Below are positions 28,481 through 38,350 of a stretch of DNA of 64,000 bases, piece by piece. The notes below the pieces were generated by a model that did no database searches, was not told the DNA's origin, and worked only from the letters and a program-made list of their open reading frames with translations. The stretch covers positions 1,280,001 through 1,344,000 of the forward strand of contig CAVTJJ010000004.1 in assembly GCA_963735035.1 (NCBI GenBank), in the 5' to 3' direction. Origin of the DNA: an uncultured candidate division Zixibacteria bacterium (GTDB lineage: Bacteria > Zixibacteria > MSB-5A5 > GN15 > FEB-12). Each line of letters starts with the position of its first letter. Position 1 is the stretch's first letter. The translations under genes were made by a program, and so were the position numbers.

Positions 28481-30787
28481 GTGATGATCAAATCCCATCC
28501 AAGTTTGTTTCTGCTCTTCTTCGTCGTAGGTGGCATTCTTCTATCCGACTATCTGGACGTATCCCCGCTGGTTGGTTTTGCGTTCGCTTCACTCTCGGCC
28601 GGGCTGGCCGTAATAACGCTGACCCGTCAGCGGCGAGCTTCAGCCGCAATGCTTGCGGGGTTAGCACTTGGACTGATCGCCGCGGTCAACTTCGGCCTCC
28701 AGCTTCGCGGCCTTGGACCGAACCATCTCGGCAACATTGTTCGAGAACCGCTTCTCTATGAAGTGTGTGGTCGGGTGGCCGATTGGCCGGAGTTGAAGCC
28801 GGGGCGCACGGAGATCAAGATCGATATCGATTCGCTCCTGCCCGCGACAGCGCCGGGTCAGGTCAGCCGCAAGGTGGATGGTCGTCTGCTCCTAAAGATC
28901 ACCGACACGACGACCGCATTCCAGCGCGGCGACCGACTGGCTTTTCAGGCGCGGCTCTATCCTGTTAGATCCGAAGGGCGCGAGGATTTCGGCTACGCCC
29001 GCTACCTCAATTTGCAGGACATCCATGCCCAGGCGTTTCTACCGACGGGGCTCTACATCCAAATTGATCGACGCCCGTCGGTCGGGTTCTGGCCGCTGGT
29101 AGACGGGATACGCAACGCTGTGTGCGGGAGTCTTCAGAGCGATCTTAGTCCTACCGCGTCGGCGTTGGCGCGTGGCTTTTTGATCGGCGAGACTCGAGAT
29201 ATTCCAGCGGACGTCTATGGCCGCTTTCGCGACAGCGGCACGCTGCATCTCTTGGCCGTGTCCGGAGGTAATGTCGCCTTGGTTCTGCTGTTCTTCCTCG
29301 GGTTGATGCGCCCTCTATGGCTGGGTCGGGGTGCGCGTTCTCTGGTTCTGCTCGTAGTGATAGTCGTGTTTGCCGGTGTCTCCTACGGGGACCCCTCGGT
29401 GGTAAGAGCGTGCCTGATGGCAGCGCTGGTGGTCGGCGCTCGCCTTCTGGGACGGGTGTACGACCTCAATAACATCATTGCCGTCGCCGCGCTGATAATC
29501 CTGTTGGTACAGCCGACACAGCTATTCGATATCGGCTTTCAACTGTCGTTCGCCACCGCGTGGGGGCTGATATTCTTCGTCCCACGAATTGGCCAAGCCT
29601 TCGGCCGGCTTCAGGAAAGCCGCTGGTATCGCTGGCTGGGTATGCCAATCGTAGCTTCTTTGGTGGCGCAGATCGTTTCGACGCCGTTGATACTGCTCTA
29701 TTTCGAGCGCGTTCCGTTGATATCAGTCGCCGCCAATCTTGTCATCGTGCCGATGGTTTCGGTCGGTGTGATCGCAGTCATGCTTCTTCTCGTTGCGCAT
29801 CTGGTCTGGCCGCTTCTGGGTACGATGGTAGGGAGCCTGGTCGATCTGTGGCTGCGCGGGGTACTCTCCATGCTCGATTTCTTCGGCGGGGGAGAGGTCC
29901 CGGTTTGGAAGTCAGGCCTTCTATCGAAGTCCGACTGGGGTACGTTGATAATTGTCCTGGCGTATTTCGTCATGATCCTCTTCGCGGTGGCGTTCACTCG
30001 CCGCTGGGCCAGGAAGACTCTGCTAGTATCGGTGGCCTTAACGGTCAACGTTGCGTTGGCGGTCGGTGTAATCGCTCAGTTTCGACAACCGACCGGCGAA
30101 CTCCGTATTGAGCGGATACCGGGCGGCCTGGCAGTTCTTACCTGCGACCAGAAATCCTCGAATGTCGATCTGGTAATCACCGATATGTTGTCCCGCGACG
30201 ACGGTTCATCGGGAGTGACCATATTGAACGGACTGTTGAGCAGAAACGCGGTGACCCGTCTTCGCCGCCTGGTAGTCATGAGCGCCGACTACAATGCGCT
30301 CGCCGATATTCTCCGGGTCGCTCGAACCATGGAAGTAGAGTCGGTTCTGGTCGATCGAAGTCTGGAGCGCTCAGCGGGCGATTTGCAAGTCAGGAGCGAC
30401 TCGGCGGTGTATCACGGGCCGGTCTTGTTCTTCGGGGGAAGGCTCGGTCAATCGAACGGGAAGGGCTGCTATTTGGGCGACGAGGCCGTGCGCCTGAATC
30501 TCGGCAAGCTTCAGGTTGACATCTTGAACCACCCCGACAACGCAAGCCTTCCGCCCGAGTCTCTCAGTCTATCCGGCGTCTTGATTGTTGGTAGTCGCTG
30601 GAAGCCTGAGCCTCAGGAGTGGATCGAGCGTCGCAGGGCCGGCTATGATCAGATTATCTGTGCAGCTTTTGAGCAGCCTGAGCTGACGTCCGGGCCGGAC
30701 ACGGAACTCGATCCCGATGCCGCCCCGCCGGACTACGTAATCGATCTGTCACGATCCGGGGCTCTTAAGCTAAGTTTCGATCTATAA
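28481..30787 (+). CDS. comEC: DNA uptake channel ComEC/Rec2
   Basis: OB-like DUF4131 region, FRDSGTLHLLAVSGGN, PSVVRA, DIGFQLSFAT, ANLVIVP competence-domain motifs; degenerate C-terminal MBL domain. Confidence 0.9.
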   Translation: MMIKSHPSLFLLFFVVGGILLSDYLDVSPLVGFAFASLSAGLAVITLTRQRRASAAMLAGLALGLIAAVNFGLQLRGLGPNHLGNIVREPLLYEVCGRVADWPELKPGRTEIKIDIDSLLPATAPGQVSRKVDGRLLLKITDTTTAFQRGDRLAFQARLYPVRSEGREDFGYARYLNLQDIHAQAFLPTGLYIQIDRRPSVGFWPLVDGIRNAVCGSLQSDLSPTASALARGFLIGETRDIPADVYGRFRDSGTLHLLAVSGGNVALVLLFFLGLMRPLWLGRGARSLVLLVVIVVFAGVSYGDPSVVRACLMAALVVGARLLGRVYDLNNIIAVAALIILLVQPTQLFDIGFQLSFATAWGLIFFVPRIGQAFGRLQESRWYRWLGMPIVASLVAQIVSTPLILLYFERVPLISVAANLVIVPMVSVGVIAVMLLLVAHLVWPLLGTMVGSLVDLWLRGVLSMLDFFGGGEVPVWKSGLLSKSDWGTLIIVLAYFVMILFAVAFTRRWARKTLLVSVALTVNVALAVGVIAQFRQPTGELRIERIPGGLAVLTCDQKSSNVDLVITDMLSRDDGSSGVTILNGLLSRNAVTRLRRLVVMSADYNALADILRVARTMEVESVLVDRSLERSAGDLQVRSDSAVYHGPVLFFGGRLGQSNGKGCYLGDEAVRLNLGKLQVDILNHPDNASLPPESLSLSGVLIVGSRWKPEPQEWIERRRAGYDQIICAAFEQPELTSGPDTELDPDAAPPDYVIDLSRSGALKLSFDL

Positions 30788-30828
30788 GCGGTTTCGGCCC
30801 AAAAGAGCGGGCTGCCGCTAGTAAGTCT

Positions 30829-30856
30829 TAAAGTAAAGCCCGTATTCTCCCGATAA
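30829..30856 (+). promoter_or_regulatory. sigma28-like promoter of the DUF4388/mgl cluster
   Basis: TAAAG-N15-CCCGATAA. Confidence 0.6.
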
Positions 30857-30922
30857 ATACAGAGAATTGGTATGAAAACAGGATAGGTCTGCCGTTTGAC
30901 CTACGTCCAGAAAGATACCGCC

Positions 30923-32134
30923 ATGAGTCTGTCAGGAAATCTCAAGACCGTTGCCTTCTCAGATATTCTGCAGTTGCTGGCCACCGGGAAGAAATCCGGC
31001 ATGCTGGAATGCCATACCTCGACCCGTCAAAAAGAGGTAGCCTTCAAGGATGGCAACATTGTGTTCGCTTCATCGGTGAACGCCTCGGAAGACCTGCTGG
31101 GAAACATGCTCCTGAAGCGGGGGCGCATTTCCAAGACCGATCTGGAAAGAGCCATCGCTCTGCACAAGCAGACCGGCCGTCAGCTCGGCACCACTCTGAT
31201 CGACATGGGGCTGTTCGATAAGAACGAAATCGCCGAGTGTCTTAAGCTTCAGATCGAAGAGATCGTCTACAACCTGTTTTCCTGGCAGGAAGGCGATTTT
31301 GTCTTCCACGAAGGCGTTGCCCCCAGGAACGCGCCGTTCCTCGTGGAATTGGCTACTATGAGTGTCATCATGGAGGGGACGCGTCGTATAGACGAATGGC
31401 TGGAAATCCAGAAAGTACTTCCGCCCGATGACGTTCTGCTGCGCATTACCAAATCGCCCAAGTCCAACCGTGAAGAGCTCACGATGTCGCTCGATGAGTT
31501 CCGGTTATTGTCGCTTATCAATGGTGAGAGAACTCTGCCCGAGTTGATCAATCTCTCGCCGATGGGAGAATTTGTCACCTGCCGCGCCTTGTATCGTTTG
31601 ATCGTTCAGAATCTCGTGGAAGTGGCCGGCAAGTGCGAACGGGCCCAGGATGCCGAGCAGGAAGATGAAGAAGAGGCGGTGCTGAACATCGTCTTTCGCA
31701 TGTACTCAAATTGTTTTTATCAGATCCACGCCCGGGTGGAGCAGGTGCTCGGCAGCGACAACTCAAGGTACCCATCGTTCGCTTCGAAATTCCGCTCGGG
31801 TCTGACGAATTATTTCCCGGGGGTCGATCCGAAGTCGGACCTGATGCCGCCGTTCGAAAAGTTTCTCGCGTCGGTACGAACGCTGCCACCGCAGATTCGC
31901 TATCACACTCTGATGGCCTCGCTGGAACAGATGCTCTCGGAGCAGCTTCTGTTCGTATATCAGTTGCTTGGTGACGGCGTGTTTCACGACACCGCGTCCA
32001 AGGTGAAGATGGAAATATCGGGCCCCCTGGCGAGTCGCCGCGATCTGGTCAAGCGGTTCAATCTTGAGGATGATTTCTACGGCACGCTCAAACGGGCCGA
32101 CAAAATGGTTAAGCTTTTGAGAGGTTCTGTATGA
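30923..32134 (+). CDS. DUF4388 (PatA_N-like) domain protein with MshEN-like repeat and winged-helix segment
   Basis: MSLSGNLKTVAFSDILQLLATGKKSGML...LFSWQEGDFVF...MEGTRRIDEW; LLGNMLLKRGRIS...QLGTTLIDMG. Confidence 0.85.
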   Translation: MSLSGNLKTVAFSDILQLLATGKKSGMLECHTSTRQKEVAFKDGNIVFASSVNASEDLLGNMLLKRGRISKTDLERAIALHKQTGRQLGTTLIDMGLFDKNEIAECLKLQIEEIVYNLFSWQEGDFVFHEGVAPRNAPFLVELATMSVIMEGTRRIDEWLEIQKVLPPDDVLLRITKSPKSNREELTMSLDEFRLLSLINGERTLPELINLSPMGEFVTCRALYRLIVQNLVEVAGKCERAQDAEQEDEEEAVLNIVFRMYSNCFYQIHARVEQVLGSDNSRYPSFASKFRSGLTNYFPGVDPKSDLMPPFEKFLASVRTLPPQIRYHTLMASLEQMLSEQLLFVYQLLGDGVFHDTASKVKMEISGPLASRRDLVKRFNLEDDFYGTLKRADKMVKLLRGSV

Positions 32135-32493
32135 AAGCCACTATTGTAACTACCGCGCTACTTATTGCCGGGCTCGCCGATCGGGTCGATGCGGCCAACC
32201 TGGCGGTCATTGCCAGCCCGCCGGCGTTCCTGAATTTGATCGTGCTCGGCCTGGCGGTTGGGGCCATCGTAATCGGCTTGCCGATGCTTCGGACGATCAA
32301 AGGCGGATATCTGAGCCGTCCCTGGCAGTTGTTCCTCGCCGGTTTCGCATTGATGGCTCTGGCGCAACTTCTGGGACTCATCCGGACGTTGGAAATAGCG
32401 GACATCCCGATGTGGATATCTCCTGCTCTTACGGCTGTCTGTGTGGGGGCGTTTTTCTACGCCGTATTTGAGACGAAAAAGGTGCTGGGATAA
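32131..32493 (+). CDS. Small hypothetical membrane protein (signal-like N-terminus plus about 3 TM)
   Basis: ATGA overlap with the upstream gene; hydrophobic segments. Confidence 0.75.
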   Translation: MKATIVTTALLIAGLADRVDAANLAVIASPPAFLNLIVLGLAVGAIVIGLPMLRTIKGGYLSRPWQLFLAGFALMALAQLLGLIRTLEIADIPMWISPALTAVCVGAFFYAVFETKKVLG

Positions 32494-32504
32494 GCTGATT
32501 TGTG

Positions 32505-32533
32505 TTGACATAACCGCTTGGGAGATATATAAA
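32505..32533 (+). promoter_or_regulatory. sigma70-type promoter
   Basis: TTGACA-N17-TATAAA upstream of the TPR-roadblock gene. Confidence 0.55.
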
Positions 32534-32598
32534 TAACGTTACGTGAAATAGTCTCCCGGGTAACCGATTGCAAATGTTGTACTTGTGAGCAAATACCG

Positions 32599-33447
32599 AT
32601 GACGGTCAATGTCGAAATAGACAGCCGCATATTGAAGTGCCAGAAGATCTTGGAGATGGATCCCAACTCCCAGATCTTTGCGGCGCTGGCTGAGGCCTAT
32701 CGGAAGAAGGGCGAGCTTGAAAAAGCATTTCAGGTTTGCCACAGCGGACTCCGCATTCATCCGAATTACGGCGCCGCGCATCTGGTAATGGCCAAAGTCA
32801 ATCTCGATCGCGGTCTGTACGATTGGGCTGCGACCGAAGTGGAGAAAGCTCGTGAGGCCGGGGGCGACCTTCGCACAATCGAGTTGCTTTTGGCCGAGAT
32901 CAATATCTACAAGGGCGAATTTCAAGCGGCGATCAAATCCCTCAAGCGACTGTCAACCTCCGATCCGGGCAACATGCACGTGAAGCGGCTTTTGGAAATT
33001 GCGACCCGGATACCGGAAGAGCAACAGGAGCAGACCGGCGAGCCGGCGGAAACGAAATCTCCCGACCCGGCCGTGATTCCTCAAGCGGAATCACCGAACC
33101 GCATCATACCGGCGGATCTGTTGGCGGAAGCGCTTCGCATTCGCGGTGTCGAAGGCGCTCTGTTTATCAACGCCGAAGGTCTCGTGATCGAATCCCGGTG
33201 GGAAGCCGGTGTCGACCAGACCACTTGTGGCGCGGTGATGGCGGAAGTGAATACGTTCGTCGAACAGGAATTGATGAAGATATCTTTCGGACGGGTGACG
33301 ACGGTTCTAATTGAAACTTCCACCCTGGTGTTTTATATCATGATCGTTCCGGGTGGGATGTTTTTGATAGCAGGCGGAAGCGGGATCAATCTGGGTTCGT
33401 TGCGGATGAAAATGGCCACGCTGTTGGATAGGGTTCAGACCAGCTAG
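32599..33447 (+). CDS. TPR-repeat plus roadblock/LC7 domain protein
   Basis: DPNSQIFAALAEAYRKKGELEKA...HPNYGAAHLVMAKV TPRs; C-terminal GVEGALFINAEGLVIES...NLGSLRMKM roadblock. Confidence 0.85.
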   Translation: MTVNVEIDSRILKCQKILEMDPNSQIFAALAEAYRKKGELEKAFQVCHSGLRIHPNYGAAHLVMAKVNLDRGLYDWAATEVEKAREAGGDLRTIELLLAEINIYKGEFQAAIKSLKRLSTSDPGNMHVKRLLEIATRIPEEQQEQTGEPAETKSPDPAVIPQAESPNRIIPADLLAEALRIRGVEGALFINAEGLVIESRWEAGVDQTTCGAVMAEVNTFVEQELMKISFGRVTTVLIETSTLVFYIMIVPGGMFLIAGGSGINLGSLRMKMATLLDRVQTS

Positions 33448-33458
33448 GTAGGGCGCAT

Positions 33459-34463
33459 ATGGAACTGACCGGTCAAATCAATCGTCGGATCATTATCTTC
33501 TCACTGGCGGCGATCATTCTGCCACTCGTGGCGTTTCCCGCCCGGCTGGGGACTGATCTGGCCAGGGCGGCGTTCATCAACGCCCTGTACGAAGTGGTCT
33601 TTTACGGGGCCGTACTCTTTGTCTTTCACCGCCGCACCACGCTGCTAAAGCTGGTTCAGGGAGCGGGCGTTTGTCTCGTTTACCGCCTGGCTCAGGGAGC
33701 CGCCTTCGGTCTCTTGATTGCTGCGATTCATTCCATGCAATTGAAAGCCTCGTTGTCTCTGGGGATGTCCGCCTATCTGCCGGCGATCTTCTTCCAAATC
33801 ATCCTCGCGCCGTTTGCTTTGAAGCCGGCGCTCGATCAGTTGTATGAAGAAAGCACTCCCCGGCAGCGCGCTTTGAACGCGCCGGCCATGAATGACCGCG
33901 CCGACATGAGGCGGACGTCACTGGCCGTATCGAGAGACAGGTCACACCAATCTGACGAAGATTCCGTTCCTCGTGCGTTCCGACCCATGCCGCGTCCGGA
34001 CAGTGCGAACTCGTCGCGGTCCATGGAATCGTCGACCGGTCACCTTCGAATCGATCAAAATGGGTTTGATCGCGCCGTGAGATACATCGGCGAACACGCC
34101 TCGGTTCATCTGGCGGTCGTGCTCGACAACGAAGGCTTGGTGTTGGGCCATTACCGGCGGGGAAACATCGAGCCGGAAGAATGGGCGCCGCTGGCCCTGC
34201 TTCTGGTGGATGGCGGTGATCGTGTCCTGGCGCGCGGTCATCTGAACGGGCTCGAAAAGATGGATCTGGTTCTGAAAGATAAACGTCTGATCGTGGCTCG
34301 TCCCGATGGTTGTCATTTGATGGTGCTGTCCGAGAGACATGAGGATGAGCTCCTGAATATTCGTATCAATCAGTCGCTCGACATGATTAACAAGTTTGTC
34401 GCCGAGCGTTACGGCGCGAAGTTGAACCCGAACGCGGAGAGAGTACATGTACCAAGTGCTTAG
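33459..34463 (+). CDS. Membrane protein (about 4 TM) plus disordered linker plus roadblock/LC7 domain
   Basis: Hydrophobic N-terminal ~125 aa; SVHLAVVLDNEGLVLG...LLNIRINQ roadblock-like C-terminus. Confidence 0.75.
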   Translation: MELTGQINRRIIIFSLAAIILPLVAFPARLGTDLARAAFINALYEVVFYGAVLFVFHRRTTLLKLVQGAGVCLVYRLAQGAAFGLLIAAIHSMQLKASLSLGMSAYLPAIFFQIILAPFALKPALDQLYEESTPRQRALNAPAMNDRADMRRTSLAVSRDRSHQSDEDSVPRAFRPMPRPDSANSSRSMESSTGHLRIDQNGFDRAVRYIGEHASVHLAVVLDNEGLVLGHYRRGNIEPEEWAPLALLLVDGGDRVLARGHLNGLEKMDLVLKDKRLIVARPDGCHLMVLSERHEDELLNIRINQSLDMINKFVAERYGAKLNPNAERVHVPSA

Positions 34464-34790
34464 CAATCTTAACAAGACTCCCGGGGTCACCGGATCGATG
34501 GTAGTCGGTAACGACGGCATCGTGATTGCCGCCGACATGGCTTCCGGTTTCGAGGGAGAAACGGTCGGGGCCCTGGCCGCTTCGATCACTTCCAACATCC
34601 AGAAATCGCTGGATCGGCTGGAGGCTACTCCCTGGGCTCAGGTGACAATCGAAGCCGACAGCGCCAAGTTGTTCTTTACCGATGCCGGTCTCGGTATACT
34701 GGTGGTCACTACCGAGAAAGTGGTGAACATCGGTTTGATCCGTCTGGAGATAAGAATGCGATCGACAAAATAAAACTGCCGTCCTAAACG
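34447..34790 (+). CDS. Stand-alone roadblock/LC7 protein (MglB/MglC-like); C-terminus probably affected by an indel, so the true end is uncertain
   Basis: GVTGSMVVGNDGIVIA...VGALAAS...NIGLIRLEI; adding one A at ~34751 gives KNAIDKIK, the expected final helix. Confidence 0.8.
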
Positions 34791-34815
34791 GAGAGAGGAA
34801 TAGGACCGCTCAACT

Positions 34816-35895
34816 ATGGTATCAATCAACTACTCGGCCCGCGAGGTCTGCTGCAAGATCGTCTATTACGGTCCGGGACTGTCCGGCAAGACGACCAATC
34901 TGCAGTACGTCCATTCCCGGGTGCCGCAGAACACGCGAGGCAAGCTGATCTCGCTGGCGACCGAGGCCGACCGGACGCTGTACTTTGATTTCCTGCCGAT
35001 CAACATCGGCACGATCAACGACTTCCAGGCGAAGTTCCAGTTGTACACCGTCCCCGGCCAGGTCTACTACAACGCCACCCGCAAGCTGGTCTTGCGCGGC
35101 GTCGACGGTCTCGTCTTTGTGGCCGACAGTCAGCCCGACAAGATGGACGAGAACATCGAATCATTGGCCAACCTCGAAGATAACCTTCGGGAATACGGCT
35201 ACGACATGGCCCTGTTGCCGCTGGTGATACAGTACAACAAGCGCGATTTGCCCGGTGTCCTGAGTCTCGATGAACTCAACGCGCGGCTCAATCCGAGAGG
35301 GGTGCCGTTCTTCGAGGCGTCCGCTCCACAGGGCAAGGGCGTGTTCGATACTCTTAAGTTGATCATCAAACTCGTGCTCGACAAAGCCAAGGCGACCGGG
35401 GCTTCGGCGATGCCTCGTCGCACTGAAGCTGTCGCGGCGCCACCCGCCGCCGAGGCGCCGTATCCGTCGGTCGAACGAGTTCCGATCATGGCCCATGTCG
35501 AATCGGCTCCGGTGCAGATTCCGAAGCCGACACCACAACCGGTGGCCGCTTCGGCCAACTGGGAAGCGACCGCACAGGCGACTCCGACGGCCTGGGCCGG
35601 CGAGCATGAGGCTCATCCGCATGATCCGACCGCTTCCGAAGAGATGGGGGTTCGGCCGTATCCAGGCACGGATCGTGGCCACACCGGTGAGCTGCGTCGT
35701 ACCGGCCGTATAGGGCTGGGTGCGGTTACAAAGGAACTTCCCGCTGATTCGATAGGAAAGAATGTTAACTCCGAGGGTGCCGACCAGGTCCCGGGGATGT
35801 CATCGATGAACACACCGCAGATGGCTCCCTCTCTCAGGCGTCGCGGTCTGGCCAAGAAGCGCGGCTTCTTCAGACGCCTGTTCGGAATGAAATAG
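34816..35895 (+). CDS. mglA: MglA Ras-like GTPase with long C-terminal extension
   Basis: KIVYYGPGLSGKTTNL, DRTLYFDFLP (intrinsic Arg finger), TVPGQVYY, NKRD; ~165-aa Pro/Ala-rich tail ending KKRGFFRRLFGMK. Confidence 0.95.
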   Translation: MVSINYSAREVCCKIVYYGPGLSGKTTNLQYVHSRVPQNTRGKLISLATEADRTLYFDFLPINIGTINDFQAKFQLYTVPGQVYYNATRKLVLRGVDGLVFVADSQPDKMDENIESLANLEDNLREYGYDMALLPLVIQYNKRDLPGVLSLDELNARLNPRGVPFFEASAPQGKGVFDTLKLIIKLVLDKAKATGASAMPRRTEAVAAPPAAEAPYPSVERVPIMAHVESAPVQIPKPTPQPVAASANWEATAQATPTAWAGEHEAHPHDPTASEEMGVRPYPGTDRGHTGELRRTGRIGLGAVTKELPADSIGKNVNSEGADQVPGMSSMNTPQMAPSLRRRGLAKKRGFFRRLFGMK

Positions 35896-35913
35896 ATAGG
35901 TTTGGAGGACGTT

Positions 35914-36399
35914 ATGTCTGATGACGGTTTGATCATTTACGAAGAAGAAATCGCAACCATTGACACGCTTCTCAAGAAGATGTTGAAGGGGGCCGAGGCC
36001 AAGTGCGCGCTCCTCGTGGACAAGGATGGCCATCTGATTACGCGCCAGGGCTTCACCCATTCGCTCGACACCACGGCGCTTGCGGCGCTTCTGGCCGGGT
36101 CGTTCGCCTCGACGAAAGAGATCGCGCGTCTGGTCGGTGAGCCGGAATTCTCCGTGTTGTTTCACCAGGGCAAGAAAGACCACATCCACATGTCGATTGT
36201 GGGCGAACGGTCCATTCTGGTGGTGATCTTCGACGATCGCACCACGATCGGTATGGTGCGTCTGTATGCCAAGGAGACGTCGGAAGAATTGTCCCGGGTG
36301 TTTCGCACCCATACTGAGCGCAAACAGCCGAACGAGGCCCTGAGCGACGATTTCTCGGACAAGACGCAGGAAAGGCTCAACGACATTTTTCAGGACTGA
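35914..36399 (+). CDS. mglB: MglB roadblock GTPase-activating protein
   Basis: LIIYEEE...LVDKDGHLI...DTTALAALLAG...IFDDRTTIGMVRL and acidic C-terminal helix, closely paralleling Myxococcus MglB; GGAGG RBS. Confidence 0.93.
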   Translation: MSDDGLIIYEEEIATIDTLLKKMLKGAEAKCALLVDKDGHLITRQGFTHSLDTTALAALLAGSFASTKEIARLVGEPEFSVLFHQGKKDHIHMSIVGERSILVVIFDDRTTIGMVRLYAKETSEELSRVFRTHTERKQPNEALSDDFSDKTQERLNDIFQD

Positions 36400-36480
36400 G
36401 TGACGCTTGTGTCCGTCCATTGCGGGTGCGTGGCTTCACGTGCAAACCGGTTACCGCTTGAATAAATGTAAAGATCACCT

Positions 36481-38185
36481 ATGTCTGTCGAACTCAGCGC
36501 CATTCTCGTAAAGGCAGGGAAGATTTCTCAGGAACAGGCCAATGCGGCGCTGGAACGTTCCAAGATATCCAAAGAGCAATTCTCTAAAGTCCTGGTCGAT
36601 ATGGGGGCGGTCACCTCGGAAGAAGAGGTCACCAGTTTTGTCGGCAAGCATCTCAAGATCGGCGCCCTGAGGCTGAGCGACGTCGAACTTAATCCCGAAA
36701 TCGTCAAGCTGATTCCGCTTGATATCGCCCGTAAATTCAAAGTCATCGCGATCAGCAAGATCGGCAAGACTCTACTCGTGGCGATCAGCGATCCGAACAA
36801 TATCTACGTCCTCGACGCCATCAAGTTCATAACCGGCTGCAATGTCCAGCCGGCCATCGCGCCCGAAAAAGCAATCGAAAAGGCGATCGAGCAGTATTAC
36901 ACCGATGCTGGCGCTCTCTCGGAAATCGTCAAGGGGATGGAAGACGATCCCGATCTCGAAGTCGTATCCGTGGAGGACGGGCCGTCGGAAACCGACCTGA
37001 TGTCGCAGATCCAGGACAAACCGCTGGTCAAGCTGGTCGATTCGATCATCGGCGATGCCATCCGGATGGGTGCTTCCGATATTCACTTCGAGATGTACGA
37101 AAAGCGGATACGTGTTCGGTATCGTATCGACGGTGAACTTCGGGAGATGGCCCCGCTGCCGTTCAAGTATCGGGCGGCGATTGTCTCGCGTATCAAGATC
37201 ATGGCCGAACTCGACATCTCGGAACGCCGCCTGCCGCAGGACGGACGCATCAAGATCAAGATCACCGGCCGCACGGTCGATCTTCGCGTCTCGGTCCTGC
37301 CGACAATTTTCGGCGAAAAAGTCGTGATGCGAATTCTCGATCCGAAGGCGCTGAAGATCGACATGACCCAACTCGGTTTCCGCCAGGAAGATCTCGACAA
37401 ATTTGCGGACAAGATTCACTCGCCCGTACGGGATCATTCTCGTGACCGGGCCGACCGGTTCGGGTAAAACGACGACGCTGTATTCGGCGCTTCAGCAGTT
37501 GAACACGATCGACGTGAATATCATGACCGCCGAGGACCCGGTGGAGTTCAACTTCGAGGGCATCAACCAGGTGGCGGTGAAATCGGAAATCGGCCTGACC
37601 TTTGCCGCGGCGCTTCAGGTCTTTCTTGCGACAGGACCCGGATATCATCATGGTCGGTGAAATTCGTGACTCCGAAACGGCCGAGATTGCCATCAAGGCC
37701 GCCCTTACCGGACACCTCGTGTTTTCGACCCTGCACACCAACGACGCTCCGTCGTCGGTCACGCGTCTTATCGATATGGGCGTGCCGAACTATCTCGTGG
37801 CCTCGGCAACCCAGTTGATCATGGCTCAGCGTATGTGCAAGAAGATCTGCCAGAAGTGCAAGGAAGAGGTCAACCTGACCGTCCGGAGCAGGTCGAGACG
37901 CCTGAAGATGCCCCCGGACATGCTCAAAGGTATCCGGGCATTTCAAGGGAAAGGGATGCAGCGCGTGCAACGATACCGGAAAGTCGGGACGAACCGGTAT
38001 CTACGAAGTTATGCCTATCACCTCGGCCCTTGAGGAATTGATCCTACAGGAAAGCCTCTGACACCGAGATACGCAGACTCGCCATGGAGGAGGGGATGTT
38101 TTCACTTCGTATGGCGGCAGTCGATAAAATGAAGCAGGGCATGATCAGTATCGAAGAAGTTTTTGCGGTCACTGGGACCAACTAA
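36481..38185 (+). CDS. pilB: Type IV pilus extension ATPase PilB (read across several single-base indels)
   Basis: [61 protein letters not shown] and CxxC pairs spread over consecutive frames; indels near 37423, 37617, 37880-37945 and 38050. Confidence 0.92.
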
Positions 38186-38224
38186 GTCCGGCCACTTCTT
38201 GGTTTTCCGGCAGAATCCGCTGCC

Positions 38225-38291
38225 CATCAATCACTTATCATTGACAAGTAGGCTCTTTTCCGGTCAAGATTCGGCGATTTCTAGCCGATAT
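38225..38291 (+). promoter_or_regulatory. sigma28-like promoter of pilT-pilC with IHF-like site
   Basis: TCAAG-N15-GCCGATAT (38264-38291); CATCAATCACTTA (38225-38237) is close to the IHF consensus. Confidence 0.6.
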
Positions 38292-38350
38292 ACTGACAGT
38301 GGACCTTTATAGGTGTGAAGACTGTCCTTTTTCGGAATAGGAGATTGTCA

